In this document: positions 48,596-58,867 of the stretch, piece by piece
Numbering within the stretch: position 1 is the stretch's first letter
Layout: every line of letters begins with the position of its first letter
NCBI GenBank assembly: GCA_024763035.1
Contig: JANTGG010000002.1
Coordinates: forward strand, 48,970-112,969
Origin: Desulfocapsa sp.
GTDB taxonomy: Bacteria; Desulfobacterota; Desulfobulbia; Desulfobulbales; Desulfocapsaceae
DNA: 64,000 nucleotides
Reading direction: 5' to 3'
Notes under the pieces: model-generated
Told to the model about the DNA's origin: nothing
What the model saw: only the letters and a program-made list of their open reading frames with translations
Databases searched by the model: none
Program-made: the position numbers and the translations under genes

Positions 48596-48928
48596 TTATT
48601 TATGACAGGTCTTGCAGGATTTTCCTTTGGGCACCTTCATCTCTTTATGGCAGGGCCAGCACAGCTTCTTGTGGAAATCATTTCCCGAACCTTTTTTCTT
48701 CACAATATCAACAATAAGTGCACCGCCGCCGGCAGGATCTTTGTGGCATTTGGCACAGTCGACTTTTTCCTGGTGCATGTGATGAGGAAAGATAACGGCT
48801 GATTTTTTTCCTTCAAACTGGAACTTTTCCTTCAGGTTGATGGTTTCCGGTCCTTTCTCCGCTGCATAGAGGGATAGAGGAAGTGCGAGGAGGGCTGCCG
48901 CCGCAATACATTGAATCGTTCTTTTCAT
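48596..48928 (-). CDS. Periplasmic triheme class III cytochrome c (c7/c3-like)
   Basis: Signal peptide; FPHHMH; CAKCH, CWPCH, CKTCH. Confidence 0.9.
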   Translation of the reverse strand: MKRTIQCIAAAALLALPLSLYAAEKGPETINLKEKFQFEGKKSAVIFPHHMHQEKVDCAKCHKDPAGGGALIVDIVKKKGSGNDFHKKLCWPCHKEMKVPKGKSCKTCHK

Positions 48929-49030
48929 TTTCTTCTCCTTTGTCTGTTTCGGTAAACTGCTGACTTGCCAACTTTATCCATGTTGTTTTTATGCTGCATC
49001 TCTCTTGACTGTTACCTGGTCAATAATACA

Positions 49031-49696
49031 TCATGTGAAAAATTGTGCAAATTTATCAGGGGAATCCCTTGGCAGCCGGTAGCTGTTGATGGGAGCGTCC
49101 GTATCCTCATAGCCCAGTGCCATGCCTAAAAGCAGGATGTTGTCCTGCGGGTACCCCAGGACAGATTTAATAATCTCGGGATAGTCGGCAAGGGATGCCT
49201 GCGGGCAGGTGGCAAGTCCCTGTTCCACGGCAGCAAGCATAAACGATTGCAGAAACATGCCGTAATCAAGGAAGGAGCCGGTCTGCATGGTTTTGTCCAT
49301 AAAGAAGAGGAGCATAACCGGTGCATCAAAGGCACGATAATTAGCCGCCCATTGCTGCAGACGACCCTCTTTGTCATTTCGTACAATTCCAAGAACCTTG
49401 TACATCTGTCTGGCACAGTTCAGGCGGTGGGTCTTGTGGGGGTCGACCCATTCGTACGGATAATAGCGATAATCAGCGTTGCCTTCTGTGCCCTTTTCAA
49501 AGGAGGCAATGATCTGATCCTGCAGACGCTGCTTGGTTTTGCCGCTTACCACTGCCACCCGCCATGGCTGCATATTTGTGCCTGAAGGGGCATGGGCTGC
49601 AAGTGTCAGGAGTTTTGTGATGGTGCCAGGATCAACTTCTTTATCCAAAAAAGCACGAACCGATTTTCGCTGTTGCAGGGCGTGAGAGACATTCAT
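49031..49696 (-). CDS. Nitroreductase family protein
   Basis: RKSVRAF, APSGTNMQPW, FDAPV, GLATCPQ. Confidence 0.9.
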   Translation of the reverse strand: MNVSHALQQRKSVRAFLDKEVDPGTITKLLTLAAHAPSGTNMQPWRVAVVSGKTKQRLQDQIIASFEKGTEGNADYRYYPYEWVDPHKTHRLNCARQMYKVLGIVRNDKEGRLQQWAANYRAFDAPVMLLFFMDKTMQTGSFLDYGMFLQSFMLAAVEQGLATCPQASLADYPEIIKSVLGYPQDNILLLGMALGYEDTDAPINSYRLPRDSPDKFAQFFT

Positions 49697-49802
49697 AATT
49701 GATCTGTTGAAGGTGTTGTGTTTTTAGTTGTAAAGGAAAAGCCGGATGGGGCAGTACCCTTCTCTGCTTTTCGGTGGATTTTCATATTTCGTTGCGGCTG
49801 AT

Positions 49803-51761
49803 TCAATATGCCATATGTCCCAGGGATTTCATAATAAGGGCCAGTCCCATGGCAAACATGCCGGTGAGTCCCATACCGCAGGAGAATCCGGCAAGGAGCA
49901 CGGGGGCATACTGTCGCCACATGGGACCGTAGCGTTTGAGGAAAAAATAACGACCGGCAAACGCTCCGATCACTTCCAGGATAAGGCCATGGGGGGTGGA
50001 TTGGCCCAGTCCGCGCACCACTCCGTATATAAGGAGTATGGGCAGTCCGAAAAGACTCAGTATAAAATACATGATAAGTCCAAAACCAAGACCTGAAAAC
50101 ACTGTGGTACCGTTTAATGCCTGGTAGAACATGGAGTTGCCTTCCAGGGTTGAAGTCTGCATCAGCAGGGTGTTCAGGGCCTGCAGGTGCCACAACTCCT
50201 GGGCGTATGGATAGGCGGAAGAGGGGATGGGGGCCAGCCGCCAGATGAACTGGGAAAAGAGCAGACTTGCCACCATAACAATGGGAAAGACCACAATCTC
50301 GGCCTTGATGATTCCCCGAAGAGATGTGCCGGTGAGTTCAATCTGTCGAAACTGAACCGTTGCCTCCCCGTAGTTGTGGATGGGAATGGGAGCGTACCAG
50401 ATCTCAATTCCGTGATAGCCGAAAAAACGTGCTCCGGCAATAAAACTTGCCTCCCGCACCAGGGGCAGGCTGACAAACTGACCGGCGATTCCCTCCATTC
50501 TGGCAGTGATGTAAGAGATTACAGGGGTATAGATGAAACCGTAACCGAGAAAGAATATCCATGGAAAGGAAGGAACAAGCCAGACACAGAGTGCCACATA
50601 GGCAAGCGTGGAAAAAACGTAAATACCGATGGCTATCCAGAAATCAAAATCTCCCCGCCCTTCAGGCGGATGAAACAGATCACGCAGGGTTCCCATATCC
50701 GCCCTGGTGTGACGGTATGAGCGAAACACCGACCAGACTCCGATAACGCCAATGGCGAGCCCCAGTCCGATGCCAAAACTCATATAGAAATCAAAGTTAT
50801 TGGCAAAAACCGTGTCCACTGTTGCCATGCCGGGATGCCAGCGCTGCAGCACACCGTGGGCATAGAGGATGGGGTTCAGGATAATGGTGATGAGAAGACC
50901 GATCAACCCGCCGATAACAGCCCAGAACGGCAGCACCATCCCGATAAAAACAAGCCCGAGATCTAGCTGTATCCCGGTGGCAACGGCAGGCAGGACATCT
51001 TCGGTGTGATTGGTGAGTTCAACCCAGGGGATAGGGATAAGGTGGATTGGTTCATTGAAGATCAGTCCGGAGGCAATGGGCAGAAGTACGTAAATCGAGC
51101 CGAACAGCAGCCCGATGACTCCGCCGATGGAAAACACCCGCCACTTCCAGCTTTTCTTCTTTTCCTCTGTGGATTCGGCAAGTGCCATGGTCCCAAGAGC
51201 CCCAACGGGAGCCATGGGAAAGGGGAGCTTCTCCACATCCGAGGTGATGCGGTAGAGGGCATAGCCCAACCCGAAATGATCAATGCGCTGAATGATCTGG
51301 GAGCCCACAAGGAGGAGGATGGGAATCAGCCAGTCTCGGTGGAAAAATGACCGTTCCACCATGGAAAGCGATTCGGGGGCGGGCGCTACCCAGCTGGGGA
51401 TATATTCGGTCAGTCCAAGCATTCGTGCTGCATCAGACTGAACCAGGTACTGATTCCAGAGCAGCCCGGAAAAGGGGGAGGCAAGGGCTGCACCCGCCAT
51501 ATAGTAGAGCAGGAAAATCTCCTGTTGTTTCAATTCGGAGTGGGCGCGCTTTGCCACTTCCGCAAAGAGGATGATGGTCACCCAGCGGGCGGCGGGGCCT
51601 ATCCCCTGACCGATAACGAGCTGCAGGTACATGGAGCCCGGCATCATCAAAAAGCCGATAAAGACAGCCCCCACCACAGTCTTCCAGTCAAACCCCTCTT
51701 CGAAATGATCAGGAGGTTTTAGAAGGTCTCGATATTCTTTAAGTTCCTTGTCGTCGTACAT
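49803..51761 (-). CDS. OPT-like polytopic membrane protein (putative peptide transporter)
   Basis: About 16 hydrophobic segments; N-terminal GFDWKTVVGAVFIG and EKLPFPMA motifs resembling the OPT family. Confidence 0.72.
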   Translation of the reverse strand: MYDDKELKEYRDLLKPPDHFEEGFDWKTVVGAVFIGFLMMPGSMYLQLVIGQGIGPAARWVTIILFAEVAKRAHSELKQQEIFLLYYMAGAALASPFSGLLWNQYLVQSDAARMLGLTEYIPSWVAPAPESLSMVERSFFHRDWLIPILLLVGSQIIQRIDHFGLGYALYRITSDVEKLPFPMAPVGALGTMALAESTEEKKKSWKWRVFSIGGVIGLLFGSIYVLLPIASGLIFNEPIHLIPIPWVELTNHTEDVLPAVATGIQLDLGLVFIGMVLPFWAVIGGLIGLLITIILNPILYAHGVLQRWHPGMATVDTVFANNFDFYMSFGIGLGLAIGVIGVWSVFRSYRHTRADMGTLRDLFHPPEGRGDFDFWIAIGIYVFSTLAYVALCVWLVPSFPWIFFLGYGFIYTPVISYITARMEGIAGQFVSLPLVREASFIAGARFFGYHGIEIWYAPIPIHNYGEATVQFRQIELTGTSLRGIIKAEIVVFPIVMVASLLFSQFIWRLAPIPSSAYPYAQELWHLQALNTLLMQTSTLEGNSMFYQALNGTTVFSGLGFGLIMYFILSLFGLPILLIYGVVRGLGQSTPHGLILEVIGAFAGRYFFLKRYGPMWRQYAPVLLAGFSCGMGLTGMFAMGLALIMKSLGHMAY

Positions 51762-51785
51762 AGATAAAACAGGTGTCAGGGTTAA

Positions 51786-51846
51786 GGTACTTATACCCCT
51801 CGCGGGGGTACTGAAAAGAGTACCGGCTTGCTATTCATCACCGGTG
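51786..51846 (+). repeat. 61-bp structured repeat family B, copy 2
   Basis: Ungapped match to 25852-25912; 17 bp from a family A copy. Confidence 0.8.
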
Positions 51847-51863
51847 TTATATGTATTCTTTCA

Positions 51864-51955
51864 TGATTACCACTGAAGCTCAGGTACATGCAAAATGGAA
51901 CTGTAGGGCGAGCTCTTACATCCAATCCAGATTACTTGTACTTTGATGGTAGTCA
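51864..51955 (+). mobile_element. MITE-like family A, copy 4 (core collapsed to GTAGGGCGAGCTCTTAC)
   Basis: TGATTACCACTGAAGCTCAGG...CTTTGATGGTAGTCA. Confidence 0.75.
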
Positions 51956-52009
51956 CTTATTCTTTTGTGCATGCAGTTGCATGTGAACTCCCTTTGATCA
52001 ATCAATCGC

Positions 52010-54007
52010 TCAGTTTGGCAGTACCTGATAGCCGGAATCCGTAAACAGACCGACAATTGCCCAGCCGCCGCCCATAAGGAAATCGCCGATGATAAGTCCG
52101 ATAAAGAAAAACTGGATTTTCTTAAAAAGGGACACGCCGCCGTACCGCATGCATAAGGCGTTGCATGCCCAGCCGATAAAAAAACTTATCCAGAGGATAC
52201 GCATGGCAGAACTGTAGGCGGTAAGATAGCCAAGGGGATGAATGGGCCACCAGTAAAAACGGTGGTAGCAGAGCACCAGAACCAGCATGACCACAGCACC
52301 GAGAAGGGCAAAGGCGGTGATCCATCCACCGGCATCCACAGGTGTTGTAATCAGCCTGTTGATATTTTCAAACATTGTCATGACTGTACGGCTGGACCAT
52401 TCAACCTGCAGCTCGCGGATGCCATAACGGTAATAGAGTGTCATCATGGCAAGGATTGAGGCACCGGTACTGATCAGGATGGTAAAGAACAGTCCGGAGA
52501 AAAGAAGCACCCCGGGGCGATGGCCATGCTGCAGTTTTCTGGCATGCTGCAGGGAGGGCATCAGGGATTCCCGAAGATCCACGAAAAGCATTTTTTGAGC
52601 CATACCGCTGAGAACACTGTTTATCCCGGAAAAGAGCTTGCTTCCGCCCATAACAAGTAGTCCGTCCATGGGGGCAGCAGTGAGAGTGAAGTAGGCAAGT
52701 CCACCCTGACAGATAATCCGGGTTGCCACAAGCATAATCATAAAGCCTGCACAGAAGAAGAGAAAGGCTGTGGAGAGGGCCATGCCAAGGGCTGTCGCCC
52801 AGTAGAGCAGCCCGGCAAAGCAGAGTATGCAGCCCCAGAAGGAAATGCGAACGTCAAACCATTCGGTTCTGGCAGAATGGGATTTTGTCAGAAAGAGGGA
52901 TTGTTTCGTGACATTCAAAAGATGTCTGCGTGCAAGCCACAGGAGAAAGAAAAAGAACACCCCGTAGGCACCGAGCATCTGGGTCTCTTCAGGGCGGGCA
53001 AGGGTGGGACCGAAGGTGATGCCAAGTTCTGAGACAGGTATGTTGTACCCAAGGAACCCGAGGAAACCAAAAAAGAAGCCGCCCAGGATAAAAAAGAACC
53101 AGAAACTGAACGAGATCTGTCTGGAGGTGAGAAAGGCAAATCCGATAAAGGCGGGATAGATGTAGATCTTCAGTTTGTGAAAGCCAGCCAGTAACCCGTG
53201 GTTGGGGAAATAAGGACCTGCCAGAATCAGGGTCGGCAATTGGGGGACAGAGGGATAATAAAAATGAAATCCATTCAGCAGATGGAGAAAGACCGGGATC
53301 AGCAGACCGGCGAGGAGAAAGCGGTTGGCAAAAAAACTGCCCACCTGACCTTCGTCCAGTGATTTGCTGAGCATTTCCGGCACACGGAGCAGCGGAAAGC
53401 TGATGCGTTCGTTATGAATCCACTGGCGGGAAAGCAGGTTGATAACAAAGAGCATGAACCCGTAGGAGAGCAGAATAAATGTTCCCCACACGAGTAGCGG
53501 GCTTGTCCATGCCTGCCAGGGGATATTTTGCACAACCTCCAGCCAGCCCATATCCCGTCCGCCATGCAGACCGGTATAGAGCAGGTCAATGGCTGCGTTA
53601 TCTGTGGGAGTGAGGGCTGCAGGCAGGAGTGGATGCAGACTTTCCTGCCACATATTACCAACATTTGCATGCTGGATGGGAATGGTCAGGCTGAGGAGGA
53701 AGGTCCTGGCAAGCCCGGTGTAGGCGATTCCTGAACCGATAACCATCTCAATCCACACTACAAGCAGCTCGCTGCCCGTGAAAAGGGGCAGGGAAGTGCG
53801 GAAAATTTTTTTGCCAAGGGCTGTCAGGATAATAAGCAGGACAAAAATAAAGAAGGGAGCAAGGGGAAAATGTCCGCCGCCAAGGGGGGTTGCCTGCTGG
53901 TAGATATTGTTAAAAGGGGTCAGCAGACAGATGGCAACAGCCAGTATCATTCCTGCGGTAACGGCACGCAGGCGGATAGCTCTCCTTTTTGTGTTCTTTT
54001 CAGCCAT
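52010..54007 (-). CDS. Polytopic membrane protein, probably DUF6785 family, OPT-like (start ATG 54007)
   Basis: RAVTAG N-terminus, QWIHNERISFPL, WWPIHPLGY, FFIGLIIGD motifs recalled for this family; 8-nt overlap with the upstream gene. Confidence 0.65.
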   Translation of the reverse strand: MAEKNTKRRAIRLRAVTAGMILAVAICLLTPFNNIYQQATPLGGGHFPLAPFFIFVLLIILTALGKKIFRTSLPLFTGSELLVVWIEMVIGSGIAYTGLARTFLLSLTIPIQHANVGNMWQESLHPLLPAALTPTDNAAIDLLYTGLHGGRDMGWLEVVQNIPWQAWTSPLLVWGTFILLSYGFMLFVINLLSRQWIHNERISFPLLRVPEMLSKSLDEGQVGSFFANRFLLAGLLIPVFLHLLNGFHFYYPSVPQLPTLILAGPYFPNHGLLAGFHKLKIYIYPAFIGFAFLTSRQISFSFWFFFILGGFFFGFLGFLGYNIPVSELGITFGPTLARPEETQMLGAYGVFFFFLLWLARRHLLNVTKQSLFLTKSHSARTEWFDVRISFWGCILCFAGLLYWATALGMALSTAFLFFCAGFMIMLVATRIICQGGLAYFTLTAAPMDGLLVMGGSKLFSGINSVLSGMAQKMLFVDLRESLMPSLQHARKLQHGHRPGVLLFSGLFFTILISTGASILAMMTLYYRYGIRELQVEWSSRTVMTMFENINRLITTPVDAGGWITAFALLGAVVMLVLVLCYHRFYWWPIHPLGYLTAYSSAMRILWISFFIGWACNALCMRYGGVSLFKKIQFFFIGLIIGDFLMGGGWAIVGLFTDSGYQVLPN

Positions 54008-57000
54008 GTGTACTTTCTCCCGTACCTGCTGCCTGCCTGCTTTTTTCCGTGAACTCCAGGAAGTGTTTGCCATAGTATGTGTGGCTGGCAGCATCAGTGG
54101 AACGCCAGACCAGCAGCTGTTTGCGTATTTCATGGAGAAAAGAGGTGGCGATTCGTTTCCAGATCTGTTCTTCACCGGAGCGGCGTTCCATGCTGATCTT
54201 TATTTCCAGATAGGAAGAGTCCTCCCGTGCCGGACAGAACTGGATGTCAACCCGCTGCATGATGCCGAAGTCAAAGGGGGCGAGCCAGACATTTGCCCGG
54301 AAATAGGTACAGTGGATTTCGTGGGGTTTATCACTGGCATTGATGACATCCCGCATCTCATCGATATTGCAGCAGCTCGAAACAATTTCCACGGGACCTG
54401 TGGAAAAAAGACCGTGGGAGACATCCTGATGGGAGGAAAAATAGTTGTAGATAAAACCGCAGATGGAGTTGTGTTCGCTGTATTTCATAAAAAACGGAAG
54501 GGTAACAGTGATACGGTTATTAATCACCGGCGGCAGGCTGAATGATGCATTCACATCGGGAATGGCTATGCGGGCGGCAACACGTGAGGGATAAACAACA
54601 GAGAGAAGGACAACAGCAATAACAAGAATCATGGCGGCAACACCTGCCATGGAGGAGTAGTTCACTGTGAGTCCTGCCCAGAGGGGCGTGTCTGCAAAGA
54701 GCGAGGCGGATACCTGCGCCAACAGGTATCCGAGAACCACCGAGATTACAGCCAGAGCCAGCGCTTCAGCCACAAAGAGAAAGGAAACATGGGAGGGGGC
54801 AAGTCCCACGGAGGTATAAATGGCAATCTCATTTTTTCGTTCGTAGACGGAACTGATCATGGTGTTGAGAACGATGAGGATGGAGATAAACAGCGGAATG
54901 AGAATATTGGGGACACCGCTGTACTGCATGGATTCATTCTGGTTGTAGAGGTAGACCCCGTCTTTCTCACCGGCAAAGATGGCAGTGGAAAACCGGTCTG
55001 TCATACGTTCAGCAGTTTTGCTGATGGGTGTTTCGGCATTTGGCAGGACGGCAAGGTTCTTAAGTTTTCCTCCCAGGGTAAGGAGGGTGGAGGCGGGAAT
55101 AATTCCAACCCGGGAAGCCGGGATATGGTGATAGCGGCTCTGGAAGGAGCGGACATCATCCCCTGATTCCATGGCATCCTTTTCCACTTCGGTGATGTCC
55201 CCTGCTGATTCGTCGGGGAAGGTCACGGGGGTAAGCGGTTCGCCGTCAAGATCCAGAGTCTGGTCAAAGTCTGTTCCCTTAAAAGTACCGACCACTGTGA
55301 AGGGGCACCCCCATATCTGTACGCTTGCCGAACCATCCGTTGCTATACTAAGAGCATTTACCATATCTTCACTGAGAATGATTGCCGCCCGGTCGTTTTT
55401 ATTGAACCAGCGTCCGCCCGTGAGCAGTTTGTCCAGCCCGGTGACCTGTGCTTCGGCGGGGGAGAGCCCGATCAGTCCCTGCAGCTCGGCATGTTTCCTG
55501 CCATTTTGCAAAGAGATGTGGACTGTCTGTGCCGGATTTTTTGCTTCCAGCCAGATGCGTGGTGCCACGCTGCCGGCATTTTGAAAGCCGTCAGCAAGTC
55601 CGTCCACTGCCTCCACCGGCAGGCTTCGCCAGTCCACCTGTTTTAAGAGCAGTCCCAGGTAGGGAGAGTGTTCCTGGAAGAACAGTTTGTTCTGTCTGGT
55701 CCCGGATTTTACCGTGGTAAAACTCATAATGGTAAAGGTAAGGATAATAAGGGTCAGACATGTGAGAATGGTGCGCATCCTTCGCCGCCGCAGGTTGGAG
55801 ACCCCGAGGAAGAATGCTGCTGTAAAGGCCTTCCAGTGACTGATCTCTGCCGGTCGTTTATGACTGGCACGCCGCTGCAGGAGGATCATCTCTTCTTCGA
55901 AACGAAAGAAGATGATAAGACTCACCATCAGCGAGAGACCCAGGATGAAAAAGGCGAGGATCACCACCGTTGGACTGTACGCCAGGCGGAATGCCGGATG
56001 AACCTGATAGATCACGGTTATCAGCAGAAAGAGGATGGTGGAAAATCCCACAATACGTTTGTAGATATTGGCGAAATTGAAGAGAAAACGTTCCATGCAG
56101 AAGGCAAACGGCACAAAGAGGGCAATGTAGAACAGTACCCCGAAGAGCACATCCTTCTGGGTCTTTTCCACTTGCACATACACACGGTTGGCAAGGGCAA
56201 GGGACTCTGAGGAAAAGCTGGAAAACCGGGCGTAATCAAGGTTTTTGAGGCTGTCTCCGGCATTGAGTAATGCCGTGATACCGCGTTCTTCAAGGTTGTT
56301 GATCTTGGCATCAAAAATGCCGTGGTTCTCCAGATTCTGTATCCGGGGAGCAAGCAGTGTCCAGATGTCGCGGGCCGCCTGATAGACCGTGTTGGGTATT
56401 GTCTGGTATTTGTCCACGGAGTAGCCGAGTCCCATTGGGTTTTTTTCCGTGCCGTTGGTGAGTATCATCTTCCGGTTGAGCACATTATCGGAGAGGGTGG
56501 CTTTCAGCCAGGTTCCCGGTTCGGTATAGATGGATGCCATGGTGGAATCACGGGTATCTATGCGGCTGTACCAGTAGTGCTGCGGCGGAGCATCCCGTCG
56601 TCCGTCGAAGAGCTTGAGCTTGGTGAGATAGTTGAAATTACGGGGTTCAAGCAGACCGAAGATTGTGGTTTGCCGGCAGCTGAAGAGGATCAGATCCGTT
56701 TTAACCAGCCGTTTTTTTATCTTCACCCGATAGTGTTTTTTGCCAGTTTCTTTTTTGTCTATTGCCCAGATGACCTGCCCTGTTTTCTCGTCAAACCGGT
56801 AGCCTTCAATAATCAGCTTATCGAGTACATGCTTTTTGTCGGCAATCCCCTTGATCCGAAAGATGCCGGAAGAGTTGACGGTTGTATGGTATTTCTGCAT
56901 GCCCTGATAGGCAAGGAGGACGGTCTTGGCAGCGGGGTAATCGGCAAAGAGCTCACCCTGCAGGAGCAGGTTTGCACGTCCACGGATGGTGGAAAAACCG

Positions 57001-58841
57001 TTTCGCGGTTTCTTGCCGGTGTGCAGGGGCGCGGTGCCGGCAAGGGTCTCAATCATATCTCCCACAAGAAGAGCCTGCTCTTCCAGACTCTTCCAGTTGA
57101 TATGCTTTGGAATATCCCAGGGGGTACCCCATAATGCCCGGGCATCTCCGGTGGTGACCAGACTGATGCCGACATAGCCGGCAAGGGATGCCACTTCTCC
57201 GCCCAGCGGAGGTTTGTCAAGAAACCAGGAGTCCCAGGAACGCATGTGGCTGGAGTGCAGAGTGTCGTGATAGGGGGTCGTGCTGCTGCTTGCGGCAACA
57301 GTTTCTTCAAGAAGATCGGCAATGGGGGAGAAGATACCTGTGCGATTCACCTGCATCTTCAGGTTGTATAAAAATCCCTGGTGAAAAGCCCCTATTCCAT
57401 TGCCATGACTGGAGAGATGGAGGGAAACCATGGCAGCAATGTCATAGCCTTCAACCAGTTCCCGAAAGGCATAGGCACTCTTCAGGTTCTTGAGATGTGT
57501 TTTGAGTTCTTTTTTTCGGCGTTTATTGGTCTTTATGGAAGCGGGAACAGCAGCCAGAAAGAGTTTGTGCTCATCGTCGCCCAGATCGTGAAAGCTGCTT
57601 CGCCAGCCCATCCTTTTGTAGAGCAACCGTGTTCTGGAGAGTTCATTAATATTTTTTTTCCTTTCTTCGCTCTTGTCGCTAGCCATTCGCAGAGTGTTGA
57701 GTCTGCGGGAGATATCATCCACGGAGAGTTTGATATAGTCGCTCATTGCCTCGCTGAGTACCGAGTCCCTTTCCATATCTTCGGTGAGGGGCCAGCTGAG
57801 CGATTCCAGAACGGCAAGATTGGCACTGGTTTGTTTCAGATCTTTTTTCAGCTGTTTTTTCTGTTTTTTTAAATATTTTGATTTGGAGTTGATGGACCAG
57901 ATAAGATCTCGCATTCCGGCAAGGGATTCATTGTGACCACTTGTGGCAACGAAGAGCACCGATTTCTTTGGTGGATTTTTTCTCAGTCTGTCAATGGTCT
58001 GCAGCAGGGTGGCAATGGAGGCAGCTTCATCGGCGCCGGGTGCTTTGCCGGAAACAAAGGAGGAACTGTCGTAAAACGCCTCTATGACCAGTAGCTGTCT
58101 GGCAAGTTCCGGATCTGTGCCGGGAATAACAGTGTAAATATTTTCTGCGGTGATTTCCTGCCACTGAACCCGGCTGTTGATATTTACTTTTTCTGCAAGT
58201 AGACCGGGCGTGTCGGGAAGAGTTATTGGCAGAGTGGAGAGAAATTGTTGTAATCCCTGCTTTTCCATCCAGAAGCAGGGGAGCTGGATGGGAGTGAGCT
58301 CCTCTTTTTCCTGGAACATATATTTTGAATGTACATCCTGGGTGTTCAGGTAGATAATCGCCTTAACACCCAGTGCCGCCAGCTGCTGCCACCGTTGTCC
58401 GGAATCAAAATCCAACACCACCACAGCTCCGGAAAGGGGCAGTCCCTGCAGGTCTGACCAGGTGCCTGATTTTACGTAGTAGAGTGGGCCGCTCAAGGCA
58501 CCATCTGTTGTTTCCGGGGTAATGGCATTATAGAAAAGGGTGTTGAGTGCAAGTGTTTTCCCATCTATCTGCAGGTTGGCGTCTTTCACCTTGCGTACAG
58601 TCAGGGCAAAACGGTAGGTTTCAGGGGTGAGTCCCATCTGCTGCAGCTGCGCTTTGATAAAAGCCGCACTTTCCCTGCTTCCTTCACTGCTGCCTGTTCT
58701 TTCGGAGAAACTGCTGAAGGTTTCTATCTGCTGTCGCAGGGACAGGGAGGGGACAGCTGCTGTTTTGGCAGAGACAGGGTAAAGAAAGAGAGCTGCAAGA
58801 AAAAACAGCAGTCCGGTTCTGTGGAGAGAAGAGGAAGACAT
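54000..58841 (-). CDS. 1613-aa fusion: M28-peptidase-like/PA domain, TM bundle and MacB/FtsX permease
   Basis: Signal peptide; EAFYDS...PGADE and FVATSGH M28-like motifs; NLRRRRMRTILT (MacB TM1); SVYERKNEIAIYTSVG (FtsX). Confidence 0.8.
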   Translation of the reverse strand: MSSSSLHRTGLLFFLAALFLYPVSAKTAAVPSLSLRQQIETFSSFSERTGSSEGSRESAAFIKAQLQQMGLTPETYRFALTVRKVKDANLQIDGKTLALNTLFYNAITPETTDGALSGPLYYVKSGTWSDLQGLPLSGAVVVLDFDSGQRWQQLAALGVKAIIYLNTQDVHSKYMFQEKEELTPIQLPCFWMEKQGLQQFLSTLPITLPDTPGLLAEKVNINSRVQWQEITAENIYTVIPGTDPELARQLLVIEAFYDSSSFVSGKAPGADEAASIATLLQTIDRLRKNPPKKSVLFVATSGHNESLAGMRDLIWSINSKSKYLKKQKKQLKKDLKQTSANLAVLESLSWPLTEDMERDSVLSEAMSDYIKLSVDDISRRLNTLRMASDKSEERKKNINELSRTRLLYKRMGWRSSFHDLGDDEHKLFLAAVPASIKTNKRRKKELKTHLKNLKSAYAFRELVEGYDIAAMVSLHLSSHGNGIGAFHQGFLYNLKMQVNRTGIFSPIADLLEETVAASSSTTPYHDTLHSSHMRSWDSWFLDKPPLGGEVASLAGYVGISLVTTGDARALWGTPWDIPKHINWKSLEEQALLVGDMIETLAGTAPLHTGKKPRNGFSTIRGRANLLLQGELFADYPAAKTVLLAYQGMQKYHTTVNSSGIFRIKGIADKKHVLDKLIIEGYRFDEKTGQVIWAIDKKETGKKHYRVKIKKRLVKTDLILFSCRQTTIFGLLEPRNFNYLTKLKLFDGRRDAPPQHYWYSRIDTRDSTMASIYTEPGTWLKATLSDNVLNRKMILTNGTEKNPMGLGYSVDKYQTIPNTVYQAARDIWTLLAPRIQNLENHGIFDAKINNLEERGITALLNAGDSLKNLDYARFSSFSSESLALANRVYVQVEKTQKDVLFGVLFYIALFVPFAFCMERFLFNFANIYKRIVGFSTILFLLITVIYQVHPAFRLAYSPTVVILAFFILGLSLMVSLIIFFRFEEEMILLQRRASHKRPAEISHWKAFTAAFFLGVSNLRRRRMRTILTCLTLIILTFTIMSFTTVKSGTRQNKLFFQEHSPYLGLLLKQVDWRSLPVEAVDGLADGFQNAGSVAPRIWLEAKNPAQTVHISLQNGRKHAELQGLIGLSPAEAQVTGLDKLLTGGRWFNKNDRAAIILSEDMVNALSIATDGSASVQIWGCPFTVVGTFKGTDFDQTLDLDGEPLTPVTFPDESAGDITEVEKDAMESGDDVRSFQSRYHHIPASRVGIIPASTLLTLGGKLKNLAVLPNAETPISKTAERMTDRFSTAIFAGEKDGVYLYNQNESMQYSGVPNILIPLFISILIVLNTMISSVYERKNEIAIYTSVGLAPSHVSFLFVAEALALAVISVVLGYLLAQVSASLFADTPLWAGLTVNYSSMAGVAAMILVIAVVLLSVVYPSRVAARIAIPDVNASFSLPPVINNRITVTLPFFMKYSEHNSICGFIYNYFSSHQDVSHGLFSTGPVEIVSSCCNIDEMRDVINASDKPHEIHCTYFRANVWLAPFDFGIMQRVDIQFCPAREDSSYLEIKISMERRSGEEQIWKRIATSFLHEIRKQLLVWRSTDAASHTYYGKHFLEFTEKSRQAAGTGESTHG

Positions 58842-58867
58842 GGTGCGTTACAGTGTCTGCAGGCAGA

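Noticed and set aside
49009-49020. 12-bp identity with 19832-19843 (CTGTTACCTGGT)
   Set aside because: Many 12-mer matches are expected by chance in 64 kb, and the flanks are unrelated
49031-49696. Nitroreductase as a SagB/McbC-type RiPP dehydrogenase
   Set aside because: It looks like an ordinary nitroreductase; no YcaO, radical-SAM enzyme or precursor peptide was seen
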